Shown: positions 32,429 through 45,631, counted from the first letter of the stretch. The stretch: 64,000 bases of DNA from an uncultured delta proteobacterium (GCA_963816395.1 CAWFKQ010000016.1:608001-672000); one strand, 5' to 3'. A program made the numbers and translations. Notes: generated by a model not told the origin, from the sequence alone.

Positions 32429-33988
32429 TTATTTAATCCTGGGGATATAGTCCGGATCGGTGATCACCAGCCGGGCCCGCGCCTCGTACTGATTGCCGCC
32501 TCTCTGGTATTGCGCGTCGACGTACACCAGGCCAGTCGCTTCGGCATTGAATTTCCGGGACGGGATAGGTTCGTAGGTCGCCGCCGGCAGGTAGGTGCCG
32601 TTGGCCTTGATGGCCCCCGCCCAGTGCAGATCGTCGTCATCGGGGCGGGTTGAGTCCTCACTCAGCTTGAAGGAAGCGGGCACCGGGCCCAGGACCACGT
32701 CATCCGCAGGATCGGTGACATTGGCACCCTTGGAGTAGGCGAGGGCCTCGAACTGGACGCCTTCGGCCGGGAACTTGGCGCCGCCGGACAGTCTGGCGCG
32801 GCCCAACTCCGGGGTAACAGCAATATAGTCGATTTTCGGCGCCAGAGTCAGGGTGCCGGCGGCAAGTCCCTGGACGCTGACGTCAGCCTGCTGGAGCCCC
32901 TGCCCCCGGTAGACGACCTGCGCTTCGATCGTTTCCGGATTGATCCGTTTGGCGGAGAGGACCTCCACCGAGGAACCGTTGACCTTGATGCCGGAGGCAT
33001 CCACCGCCGGCAGGTTCACCCCCGCCAGCGTCAGGGTGGTGGTTTCGCCGCTGAGCAGGTAAGCCGGGCTGACCCCGAAGACCTGTGCCGACTTGCCGAC
33101 CCGGTACCAGGTGCTGACGGCGGTCTGATAATCCGGGGCGGGGAAGCTGCGCGCGCCACGCATGGTGTCGTTGGCCAGCGTGTAGGCCCCCAGGGACTCG
33201 TAGCCATCGTTCTGGAGGCGGGTACGCAGCGCATAGCCGCCGTAAAGGGTGGCGCTGCCGTTGAAATTCTCCTGGCTGCCATCGGCGAACTCCAGGGCGC
33301 CCACGACCGCATAATCGCCGCCGGCGGCTTTGATCGAGGCATGTCCGCGATAGTCGCCTTTGCCGGGCTCATGGCCCACAATTACCCAGGAGCCGACGGG
33401 CGTTGCCTTCGGCGCCTGCCAGGCCTTGCCGTAGGGCTGGGCTTTGGCTACCTGTCCGAGAACCGCGTCGGCCTCGGGGATCCAGCGCATTTCCCGCAGC
33501 TGGTAAACGACCGTCGGAAACATGTAGAGGTGGAAGTCGCGCAGCTTTTTCCATTGCGTTTCGGTCATGCGGTAGGAATGGATCTTCCCGGCGCTGTGGC
33601 AGCGCACGCACGTGACAAACAACTTCTCCGGATCGGTAGGCAGGGGCTGCTCAACGGTCTGCGGATTGTTTTGCAGATTCAGGTAGGCAACCTCATTGGC
33701 CTCCTGGATGGAAAGGCTTTGCGTCGAGCAGAGTTCCTTGAGCAGGATGTGTTTTTCGGCAGGTTTCAGATCCATGCCGTGCAGCCGGACCATGCGGTCG
33801 ACAATGACTTCCCACTCTTCGGGAGTGGTGCGGATATCTTCCACTTTGGCGAGTTTGCCCGCCTTCGCTTGGTGGCATCCGCTGCACTTCTTCAAGACCA
33901 GCGAATTGCCGCTGAAGGCCATGGCCCCCGGGGCGGCAACAGCCATCGCCAGCATCAATACCATCAGGGTTGTCAGCCTTTTTCCCAT
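32429..33988 (-). CDS. qhpA: Quinohemoprotein amine dehydrogenase alpha subunit (diheme)
   Basis: Signal peptide; CSGCH and CVRCH; RTTPEEW..RM..LHG; GHEPGKGDY.G; QFEA. Confidence 0.93.
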   Translation of the reverse strand: MGKRLTTLMVLMLAMAVAAPGAMAFSGNSLVLKKCSGCHQAKAGKLAKVEDIRTTPEEWEVIVDRMVRLHGMDLKPAEKHILLKELCSTQSLSIQEANEVAYLNLQNNPQTVEQPLPTDPEKLFVTCVRCHSAGKIHSYRMTETQWKKLRDFHLYMFPTVVYQLREMRWIPEADAVLGQVAKAQPYGKAWQAPKATPVGSWVIVGHEPGKGDYRGHASIKAAGGDYAVVGALEFADGSQENFNGSATLYGGYALRTRLQNDGYESLGAYTLANDTMRGARSFPAPDYQTAVSTWYRVGKSAQVFGVSPAYLLSGETTTLTLAGVNLPAVDASGIKVNGSSVEVLSAKRINPETIEAQVVYRGQGLQQADVSVQGLAAGTLTLAPKIDYIAVTPELGRARLSGGAKFPAEGVQFEALAYSKGANVTDPADDVVLGPVPASFKLSEDSTRPDDDDLHWAGAIKANGTYLPAATYEPIPSRKFNAEATGLVYVDAQYQRGGNQYEARARLVITDPDYIPRIK

Positions 33989-34048
33989 GAACTTGTACCT
34001 CCTGTGTGTTTTATGCTTCTTTTCTGCCGTCATGTGTCCTCCCCTGGA

Positions 34049-34897
34049 TTAAAATGCGTAAGCAAGGCGCACCCAGACGTCATCCCCTTCGGTGTCGTTT
34101 TTAGAGCTCACATCGTGGGTCCAGCGCAGGTTGACGCCGAGCTTTTCGGTAACCTGATAGCCGAGGGTCGGACCGACCTGCAGTCTCGTCGCCTTGGTGT
34201 CGGGGACGCTGTCGCCATCGACTTTGCCATTCTCCAGGTCCCAGTAGCCGCCGCCGTTGACCCCCAGTATCAGCTTGTCGGTGAGCTGGTAGGCCAGGCT
34301 GGCCTCCAATTCGAAACGCTGCGGAGGCCGGTAGTTGTTGTCGGGCTCTTCGAGGTGGTGGTAGTAGTTGAGATTCATGTCGTAAACGAACCCCTTCCAC
34401 AACTGCTCGAAGGCGATCTGATGCTCGAAATACCAGTTGTGCTGGCCCAGATTGATGGCCTGATTCTTGTCCCAGTCGCCGGTGGGCGCGGTAAGGTAAA
34501 GCCAGTAGGACAAGTAAGTGCCGCTCTTGTCGTTGTTGTAGAGAAAGATGGCGGGGCCGAAGGTGATGTCGCCGACCCCGGAGGATTTCTCATGCAGCAA
34601 CTTGCTCTCTTTGACCTCGCCCATGGGGACGATGAGCTGGAAGGCGAAGGGAAGCTTCCCTATGTGACGATAATAGAGGCCGCGCAGCACGGCCACCTTC
34701 GCCGTCAGGTCGACACTGACCGCCTTGTCGCCGTCCGAGTCGTTCAGCTGGTCGGCATGGTAGTAGTTGCCGTAGAGAAGTCCGTAAAGGCCGTCGGGAG
34801 GGAGGATGTTGTCGTAGGGGTCGATCAGGATCGCCCCGGCATTGCTGGCCCATTGAAATACCAGCCCCACAGATAAAATGATGATCAGTTTTTTCAT
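34049..34897 (-). CDS. Outer-membrane beta-barrel channel, SphA / phenol MetA-degradation family
   Basis: Signal peptide, SGVGDI, APTGDWD...INLG, C-terminal YAF; first gene of the qhp operon. Confidence 0.8.
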   Translation of the reverse strand: MKKLIIILSVGLVFQWASNAGAILIDPYDNILPPDGLYGLLYGNYYHADQLNDSDGDKAVSVDLTAKVAVLRGLYYRHIGKLPFAFQLIVPMGEVKESKLLHEKSSGVGDITFGPAIFLYNNDKSGTYLSYWLYLTAPTGDWDKNQAINLGQHNWYFEHQIAFEQLWKGFVYDMNLNYYHHLEEPDNNYRPPQRFELEASLAYQLTDKLILGVNGGGYWDLENGKVDGDSVPDTKATRLQVGPTLGYQVTEKLGVNLRWTHDVSSKNDTEGDDVWVRLAYAF

Positions 34898-34944
34898 GTA
34901 CCGTCCTCCTTGGAAAAAAATGGGTTTACTGGATGAGGTCATAT

Positions 34945-34960
34945 ATCAAACACTGTTCCA
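34945..34960 (-). promoter_or_regulatory. Possible sigma54 promoter of the qhp operon
   Basis: TGGAACAGTGTTTGAT: the -24 GG and spacing fit, but -12 is GA instead of GC; an NtrC-type activator gene is adjacent. Confidence 0.45.
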
Positions 34961-35092
34961 TATAGTTTTCTTTTTCTCTTGGTGTGGACCTATTTTTTCT
35001 GTAAGCCAGCGAATAAATGGAAATAAAAAATATACTAATGTATAGAACGATGTTTTTTTCATATTAGAAGGTAATTAGAATTAGGGAGAAGT

Positions 35093-35141
35093 GGGACATG
35101 TTTGTCCCGTGTGTGGCGAGGGGGCGGGACATGTATGTCTC
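35093..35141. promoter_or_regulatory. Tandem palindromic enhancer sites (GGGACA-N4-TGTCYC)
   Basis: GGGACATGTTTGTCCC at 35093-35108 and GGGACATGTATGTCTC at 35126-35141, 33 bp apart. Confidence 0.65.
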
Positions 35142-35182
35142 GCCGGGAGGCGGGAGGCGGGAGGGGCCGTGACCAGAATGTC

Positions 35183-36573
<1,391 letters not shown>

Positions 36574-36574
<1 letters not shown>

Positions 36575-38625
36575 TATTCTTCCCCGGCAGGAAACAGGAC
36601 GCGAAAACGGCATCCCTTGGGGCTGAGGTTCTGCACCTCGATTTTTCCATCATGCCCCTGGACAATGCTGTTGACCACTGCAAGACCGAGACCAGTTCCC
36701 TGCCCGACCTCCTTGGTGGTAAAGAAAGGATCGAAAATATGGGGCAGCACGTCCTCGGGAATGCCGGCCCCCTCATCTTCCACGGCGAGGACCAGGAAAG
36801 TGGCCTTGCCCTCGGAGATAAACTCAGTCGATACCCGTACTTCCCCCTCCTGGGCCTGGGCGGCGATGGCGTTGCCCAGCAGGTTCCAGAGGATCTGTTT
36901 GAAGCCGGACTGATCGAGATCGATTTTTCGGGGCTTTTCATCGAGGGAGAGACGCAGTTCGATCCCGTGGGCGCGCGCTTCATGACAGGCCATATCGGTG
37001 ACGTCCTGCACCAGGAGGTTCGGATTCACCCTCGTTCTGACCACGCTCTGCAGCCGGGAAAGATCCAGAAGGTTGCGCATCTTCTCCTGTATCCTTTCGA
37101 TTTCCTTCATGATTTTTTCCAGATTGCCTGAGGCCCCGGCGGGAAGCCCGGAGCGCAGCAGCAGCTGGGTATAGGTGGAAATGGTGGCCAGCGGGTTGTT
37201 GACCTCATGCGCAACGCCGGCGGCCAGGCGCCCGACGGCGGTCAGCTTGCGTCCCTGTTCCACTTCCGCGTAGGCCCGCTTGAGCTCCTTCTTTTTCTCC
37301 TGAAGGCTTTCCGCCATGCTGTTGAGCGCCTGGGCCAGCTCACCGAACTCCGACCCCTCTTCCCGCACCCGATGGGCCAGGTTCCCCTTGGCAAACTCAC
37401 GGATGCCTCCGAGAAGGGTGCGCAGGCCTCTGGACTGGTGGACCAGCACCAGATACCCCAGGGTCGCCAGCGCCAGCATGGCAAAAACCAGCACGTGGAC
37501 AAAGTTGCGGCGGGTCCGTTCGGCTTCCCCGAAGATGGCATGCGCCTTCTCGTTGGCCGGGTCGATCAGGTCACTTTCCGGCACCAGCAGAACTATCCGC
37601 CATCCCAACGGCTCCAGTGAGGCATACCCGACAAAAGATCTGATCTTATCGATTTCAACGATGTCCACACCGACCTTGGCGTCCGGTTTTTTCCCCAGCA
37701 CCAGTTTCCCCGTTTCAGACAGGTTCGCCAGCTCCAGATTAAGACCGTGCGGAGCGACTCCGGGTTCCAGGCCGAGGGCAGCAAGCGGCAGGTTCTTCGA
37801 GGCAGCGAGGACTTCATTGTCGGATAGCAGCACGGAACTCGAGTTTTTGGTCAGCCGGACTCGGCTGATGTCCTGCAGGATCTTTTCCACGGTGATATCG
37901 ATCCCCACCGTGGCCACGTGTTCGCCGTGGACGAAGACGGGTGAGAGGCAGGAAATCATGCTGTCGCCGCTCAGGGGATCGGTATAGAGCGGGGTGAAGA
38001 TCTCCTTGCCCGAGGGATTGTGCTTGAGGTCGGCAAGGAAGTAAAAAGGCCAGGCGGTCACATCCCGGTCCCTGGGCAGAAGTTTGAAATCCCGCCACGG
38101 ATAGGTGCGCGAGAGGCCGTCCTTGTGGATGAACCAGCCGAGAACCATTCTCGGTTCCGACTGCGCCAGGGGCTTCAGCAGCGTGTCCAGGCCCTCCGTT
38201 GCGGAAATCAGCGGATCCTGGGAGGGATCATGGTTCTGCGCAAACAGCCGGGAGTTTCCGTCGTCGAGCGGATTGCCGTAGATGCCTTCTCCGTCATAGA
38301 CGTAGTGGCTTCCGTTGCGGAAGAGGAAATGGGAGGGGTCCTCGACCATCGGCTCCGCGAGGGAGCCGAGCAGGTGGACTTCTTCCATGATTTTGGAAAA
38401 TTCCGCCGAAATTTCACCCGCCTGCTGGGCTAGATGATGTTTCATGTAGCTTATCTGAGAGGAGACCAGGGCGTTGCGGGCTTCCTGGAGCGAGACGCTC
38501 TTGATGGTTCGGAGATGCCGGAAGGTGAGATTGGACATGATGCCGATGGGAACGCCCCAGAGGACGATCGCACCAAGGATGATTTTGCAGGTCAGTCGCC
38601 TTTTGATCCAGAAATTCAGTGCCAT
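36574..38625 (-). CDS. Sensor histidine kinase with periplasmic Cache-like and HAMP domains
   Basis: Two TM helices, PLYTDP Cache-like segment, AHEVNNPL H-box, [14 protein letters not shown]. Confidence 0.93.
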
Positions 38626-38703
38626 AGGATTCGCATCTGCAGTGCACGAGACCGGGCAATGGGGGAGCGGAAAATAATCCCGCTCTTCCCGCCCAGGTGT
38701 GTG

Positions 38704-39531
38704 CTAAGAACTGCTCGAGGAGGGGAGATTCAGCCCGTCCGCGCAGGGCAATCGCGCCACGAAGCGGGCGATCGCCTGGAGGGTAGCCTCCGGTTGGTCG
38801 CGAAAAGGGGAATGGCCGCATTCGGGCAAGAGGAGGATTTCTGCTCCCTCCGGCAACCGGCGGTCGATGGTCTCCAGTTGCCGTAGGGTGCCATAATTGT
38901 CGTCCTCGCCCTGGAGCAGAAGAACCGGTACCGCGATCTCCGGCAGAAAACGTTCGAGATTCCAGTCCCGGAAACGGGGGTCGAGCCATGCCCGATTCCA
39001 GCCCATGAAGGCACAATCGACATTTTCCCCGTGATACCGGCTCAGGCGCTCGCGCAGATCGGTTTTTTCGTACGCTTCCCGCGCGGCGCGGATGCTGTCG
39101 ATGGTGAGGTCTTCGACAAAGACGTGGGGTGCCATCAGCACCAGCCCCCGCAGCCGCGCATCCCGGGCGCCGCCGGCATGGATCAGGGCAATCGAGGCGC
39201 CATCGCTGTGCCCCACCAGCACGGCCTCCTGCACCCCGGCGGCATCCAGCACCCTGGGCAGAACCGCGAGCCCCTCGGTATGCATGAAGGAAAGGGGGCG
39301 GGGCAGCGGGCAGGGCGTCGACCTGCCGTACCCCGCCCGGCTGTACGCCAGCACTCCGCAACCGGTTGCCGCGGCGACCTGCTCGGGGAAATCCTTCCAC
39401 AGGGACACGCAACCGAGGCCCTCATGGAGAAGAATCAGGGTGGGTGCCTCCCCGGGGGGCGGACCCAGGGACCGGAACTCCAGCGAAGTGTCGTTAACCT
39501 CGAAAAAACCACTCTTCATCCGCAAGACCAC
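38704..39531 (-). CDS. Alpha/beta hydrolase
   Basis: LLHEGLG, GHSDG nucleophile elbow, QGEDD, CGHSP. Confidence 0.9.
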   Translation of the reverse strand: MVLRMKSGFFEVNDTSLEFRSLGPPPGEAPTLILLHEGLGCVSLWKDFPEQVAAATGCGVLAYSRAGYGRSTPCPLPRPLSFMHTEGLAVLPRVLDAAGVQEAVLVGHSDGASIALIHAGGARDARLRGLVLMAPHVFVEDLTIDSIRAAREAYEKTDLRERLSRYHGENVDCAFMGWNRAWLDPRFRDWNLERFLPEIAVPVLLLQGEDDNYGTLRQLETIDRRLPEGAEILLLPECGHSPFRDQPEATLQAIARFVARLPCADGLNLPSSSSS

Positions 39532-39651
39532 AACTCCTGTCTTTGTTACTGTTTTGGCGATGAATTCTAGGCCATATCGGTGTTTTATTCAAGTATCAAA
39601 GGAATTGGCCGGCCGCCCTGGCCAAGATGGAAAAATCGATTGACATCCGAG

Positions 39652-39687
39652 CACTTGTTGACAAAAATAAAACAAGTGGATTATTCT
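39652..39687 (+). promoter_or_regulatory. sigma70 promoter overlapped by an inverted-repeat operator
   Basis: CACTTGTT-N11-AACAAGTG perfect inverted repeat containing TTGACA; TATTCT 18 bp downstream. Confidence 0.65.
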
Positions 39688-40000
39688 TCAAAAAAGTAAA
39701 TAGGCACTTTTATACCGATTAATTTTCGGCCGGGACCGGCGAGATTCTGAAAAGTTCTTTCATTCATGCTAACTTGCAGTCCACTCGCGAAAGGGTGCGG
39801 AACGGTCTGGGAGCACTCTCCCGCTAAACAGCTCGGTGCAGACGATCGGCGGCAGGGTGGTCGCAATTAAAAAACAAATCTCATTTTAGCAGGTTTGCGA
39901 TAACGGAAAATCAGGCTGCGCCCCGATCGGAACGGATGCTCGGGCCGGTGCATGGATCGATGACAACCAGGATGATTCCTGTCGATAAGGAGAAGAAACG

Positions 40001-41660
<1,660 letters not shown>

Positions 41661-41875
41661 GCAGCGGCCTGCCTCCAGCCGGCGGTCCAGCCAGGTTGCT
41701 GAAGAGCCGCCGCCCTCAAGATGGCATGGCTAAGCAAAAAGCGCCGAAACGCAAGGCGCGCAGATCTCGTCGAGCATGAGGCGAATACTGGAAAATCGAA
41801 CGCTGACGAGGGCAATTGAGGGCAACGCCGCAGATGGGTCTTACCGGACGAAGTCTCGGGAGGCTGGCCCGGCTC

Positions 41876-42217
41876 CTAATCTTTCCTGTTCAGATAATCC
41901 CCGAGAAGCCCACGGCTGTGTTCATCATCATGGCAGTAGATGCAAAGATTTTCCCAGTTGCTGCCATCGGGAGGATTGTTGTGATGATTGCCATCCTTGT
42001 GATGGACGGTAAGCAGGTGGACATTCTGCCGGTCGAACTCCCGGCCGCACTTGGCGCAGATCAATCCATGAATTTTTAGCGATTTTTCCCGGTAATTTTC
42101 ATTGGCCTCCTGATCCCCCCGCATTCGCCGCACCAGCGCATCGGCCTCTTCGGCAGAAATCGGTTTCACTTCACGGGGTTGTCCCCGCCGGCGGTGCCTG
42201 TTGAATGCTGCGCTCAT
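41876..42217 (-). CDS. yajD: YajD-family HNH nuclease
   Basis: CAKCGREF, LTVHHKDGNHHNNPPDGSNWENLCIYCHDDEHSR. Confidence 0.9.
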   Translation of the reverse strand: MSAAFNRHRRRGQPREVKPISAEEADALVRRMRGDQEANENYREKSLKIHGLICAKCGREFDRQNVHLLTVHHKDGNHHNNPPDGSNWENLCIYCHDDEHSRGLLGDYLNRKD

Positions 42218-42350
42218 TTGGTGCCTCCCTGTCCCGGATCCGGATTAATCCTGTTTTCCATTCTACTACAAAGTGAAGCCGTCCCCCTATCCCCCCGGTT
42301 CGGCGGGGGAGTGGGGGAGGCGGTGTGGACCGCCTCCTTCCGGGTGCTGG

Positions 42351-42962
42351 CTAGCGGACGCTGAACGTGGTCTCCCGCGAATCCTGGGAGTTCGGCGTGC
42401 TGATGGTCGTCACGACATTATAGGTTCCCTTCGGCGCATCCTTGGGCAGGTAGAGCGGCACGGATGACTGGTAGGTCCCGGCGTCATGGGAGATCTGCAG
42501 CTGCGGGCTGCCGACCAGTTGGTTGTTGTGCTTGATCTGGTAGGCTTCGGTCACCTTGACGGGAGCATTCGAGGTGGGGGACAGCACGGCATAGGTGCTT
42601 TTGAGCTCGACTTTGTCCCCCGGGTTGACGCTGTCGGGTGTGGTGGAGGTATCTTCGATCCGCACCTTGGTCCCCTCGGAGGGCTGATAGTTGTATTTCT
42701 GTGCAGTCTGATCGGCGGACTTCTCTTTATCGATGGTGTAGTTGCCGATCGCCCCACCGACCAGGGCACCGGCCAGGCCGCCGAGAAGTGCTCCCTCGAC
42801 ACGGGAGCCGCCGCCCGCCAGCACGGCGCCGGCCAGGGCACCGGTTGCCGCGCCGACCCCGGCGCCCTTCGCCGCTCCCTGGTGCTCCTCGGGGACGGCG
42901 GAGCAGCCGGCTGCCGCGAGGAAAACGATAAGGGTCACTATCGCTGTAAATCGCATCTTCAT
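42351..42962 (-). CDS. Glycine-zipper lipoprotein
   Basis: Lipobox AAGC, Gly/Ala zipper GAGVGAATGALAG...GALVGGAIG, beta-rich C-terminal domain. Confidence 0.8.
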   Translation of the reverse strand: MKMRFTAIVTLIVFLAAAGCSAVPEEHQGAAKGAGVGAATGALAGAVLAGGGSRVEGALLGGLAGALVGGAIGNYTIDKEKSADQTAQKYNYQPSEGTKVRIEDTSTTPDSVNPGDKVELKSTYAVLSPTSNAPVKVTEAYQIKHNNQLVGSPQLQISHDAGTYQSSVPLYLPKDAPKGTYNVVTTISTPNSQDSRETTFSVR

Positions 42963-43148
42963 TTTGCACCTCCAGCTGGAAATGTGTTGTCTCTAACATA
43001 TTGAGTATTGCACGGACGGCGCCATTTGCAATCATCAGGCCAGGGCCACATTTGCCGGCGTGTGGAAGGCGGTGCTATGCTTTAATTCCAGGGATGGGAA
43101 GTGGTGGGGAAAAGCGGCCCGCCGGGCCGAAGAAAAGGGAGAGAAGCA

Positions 43149-43379
43149 ATGAAAGTTAAAGAGATATTCAAATGCGAACGCTGCGGCGTCATCGGCGGCT
43201 CTTCGGATCACCTATGCAAACCGCACGCCCTGGCCGGCAAGGGGGATTACTGCGGCCAGCCCGTCGAAGAGAGCGGGTCGGTGTGCGCCTCGATGATCAA
43301 GACCCTCGATTACGAATGTGAGACCTGCGGCCGGCCGACGGAAGATCCGGCGATGGTCTGCCGGCCCGTGCGCATCTGA
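43149..43379 (+). CDS. Small Cys-rich, probably metal-binding protein
   Basis: 76 aa; two CxxCG..CxP repeats plus two central Cys; purine-rich RBS. Confidence 0.7.
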   Translation: MKVKEIFKCERCGVIGGSSDHLCKPHALAGKGDYCGQPVEESGSVCASMIKTLDYECETCGRPTEDPAMVCRPVRI

Positions 43380-43571
43380 GAAACGGCTGTTTACCGGCAG
43401 CCGCAGGGCTGCCTCCTTTTTGCCGAGGCATGATAGCGCCTTTGCCCGCGGAGAAACAGGCTTTGTGCCGGCGGAAAGAGAAGCGGCTGACTTTCCCGGC
43501 CCGGGAAAAGGCGGCAACGGGAGTCAGCTGCCGAGAGTCCGAGCCGGTATCATCGAAGCGATTGGCCCTCG

Positions 43572-43998
43572 TCAGATGGCGATTGGGGGTCCTTTGGCCT
43601 TTGGCTGGGTGGGGTAACCCGCCCTGACCCAGGCTGGCCATCCTCCCTTCAGGGCATAGACCGTGGTGAAGCCCTTTTCCATCAGTATCCGTGCCAGACC
43701 GGCACTGGTCGCCTCATCCGGATCAGGAGCAGTAGAGGACCAGGGTGGCGTCTTTGGGGTACTTGGCCGCCCAGTCGATCCGCCGCGGGTCCTCGCGGAT
43801 CGCCCCCGGAATCTGGGCGTCGCTGTTCTCCCAGTCCTCGGGGATGCGCACGTCCAGCACGAAGATTTCCGGATCGGTCAGCCTTGCCCGCAGTTCCTCG
43901 ACCGGCATCCGCGGCGCCTCCTGGCTTGCGGCCGGAGATACGGCGCCCCCGAGGAAGATCAGCAGCAGGGGGAGAACCCACTTCCACAATTTCTTCAT
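43572..43998 (-). CDS. Secreted rhodanese-like protein, probable selenoprotein (UGA at 43723-43725; one extra base follows)
   Basis: Signal peptide, LDVR, IPGA, LVLYCS-UGA; the domain continues as PDEATSA..LMEKGF..VYALKGGW; SECIS-like hairpin at 43691-43705. Confidence 0.78.
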
Positions 43999-44118
43999 GG
44001 TACCGCCCTTTCCTGCTCGTCATCCGCCTACAACTAAATGTTTACCATTCTTTTCATGCACTGCCAGGCCCGGACCGCAACCTGATAGCCGAAAGCATCG
44101 CCCCCGTCAGGTCGAAAT

Positions 44119-45261
44119 TCACCCCGGTGTCCCTACCACCCCCCTGGCCGCCGGCGCCAGCGGCACCAATTCGTACTTCCGGCTACCCAGCCCCATTTTC
44201 TCGGCGTGCGCCAGCTGGATCTGCCAGTCGACCTGCGGATAGAGCCCGCGGAATTTGTCACCGCCCGGCTCATGCCCACTCTTCAGGGCGGTACCGGGCA
44301 GGCCGTGGGCGCTGTTGACCAGGTCGGCGCTGGCCTGATCGATGGCCACCGGGTCGGTGGAGACGAGAATCCCCTGATCGGCGACAATCGGCGCGTCGGA
44401 GTGGCTGTAACAGTCGCAGGAGGGGGAGACCTGGGTGACGAAGTTGACGAAAAGCGCCTTGCCTTCCTTGCCGTGCAGCGCCCCCTTGGCATACTCGGCC
44501 ATCTTCTTCATCATTTGCGGGCCTTCCTCGTTCCACTGGATCCTGATCGCCAGCTCCTCGCACACGTTAACGCAGCGGCCGCAGCCGACGCAGCGCGCCG
44601 GATCGATCCGCGCCTTCCCCTCGATGAAGGCAATGGCGTCGTGGATGCAGGCCTTGCGGCAGACGCCGCAGGCGGTGCAGTTCGCCTCCGCCACCACCGG
44701 GGCAACGGTCGAATGCTGCTCCAGTTTCCCCTCCCGGCTGCTGCAGCCCATCCCCAGGTTCTTCAGGGCGCCGCCGAAGCCGGTCAGGTCGTGGCCTTTG
44801 AAATGGGAGACGGTCAGGAGAGCGTCGGCTTCCAGGATACCCAGGGCGATATCCACCTGCTGCAGAATTTCCCCTGCTACCGGCACCCGACGGGCGGCAT
44901 GGCCGCGCAGCCCGTCGCACATGATCAGCGGCGCATCGACCACGGCATAGGCGAATCCGTTCTCGATGCCGCAGGAGAGGGCGGAGACCGCCTCCTTGCG
45001 TTCGCCGGGATACAGGGTAGAGGAATCGGTGAGGAACGGCTTGCCGCCGAGGACCCTGGTCCGCTCGACGATCCGCCGCAGGAAAGTCGGGCGAATATAG
45101 GCATGCCCCCCCCGCTCCCCGAAATGGACCTTGATCGCCGTCAAGTCGCCGCGCCTGACGATCTGCTCGATACCGGCCGCGTCGAGCAGACGAAGCAGCT
45201 TGGTGAACAGGTTCTCCCGATGCACTACCCGCAGGTCGGCAAAATGAACAGTGCTGCGCAT
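44119..45261 (-). CDS. DUF362-domain protein with a 2x[4Fe-4S] ferredoxin insert
   Basis: AIKVHFGE, SHFKGH, GGALKNLGMGC, CTACGVC/CVGCGRC, DPVAIDQAS. Confidence 0.9.
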   Translation of the reverse strand: MRSTVHFADLRVVHRENLFTKLLRLLDAAGIEQIVRRGDLTAIKVHFGERGGHAYIRPTFLRRIVERTRVLGGKPFLTDSSTLYPGERKEAVSALSCGIENGFAYAVVDAPLIMCDGLRGHAARRVPVAGEILQQVDIALGILEADALLTVSHFKGHDLTGFGGALKNLGMGCSSREGKLEQHSTVAPVVAEANCTACGVCRKACIHDAIAFIEGKARIDPARCVGCGRCVNVCEELAIRIQWNEEGPQMMKKMAEYAKGALHGKEGKALFVNFVTQVSPSCDCYSHSDAPIVADQGILVSTDPVAIDQASADLVNSAHGLPGTALKSGHEPGGDKFRGLYPQVDWQIQLAHAEKMGLGSRKYELVPLAPAARGVVGTPG

Positions 45262-45631
45262 GGCCAATCTCCTTCCTGGAACATTTCGGCGGCAAAACCG
45301 GGCAAACCTTAGCACAGACGGGAACGGCAGACAATCCGGCATTAAGACAAAACCATGTTTGACAACAGTGGGAGCGGATTCATAATGGTGAACGCGCGGG
45401 ACCCGGATCCGCCGCCCGCAGGTAATGGCGCGCCATTTCGCAGCAATCTGGTAGAATTACATAAGTGACCAAAAAATCAGCTTTCCCAAAGCTGCACAAG
45501 GGAGTCCGATACCGGGCGTCGAGAAGAGAGAGGGCGCAGTCGGCAGACGAGCAGACGATGAAGGATGAGTGCGAATGCTGCAGAGAGGCGTTTTTCAGCA
45601 GTTTGCCAGTGGCTGTAAACGGAGGTGACCT

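Noticed and set aside
41876..42217. HNH nuclease as a defence or mobile-element gene
   Set aside because: Matches the conserved chromosomal YajD family and has no defence or mobility neighbours.
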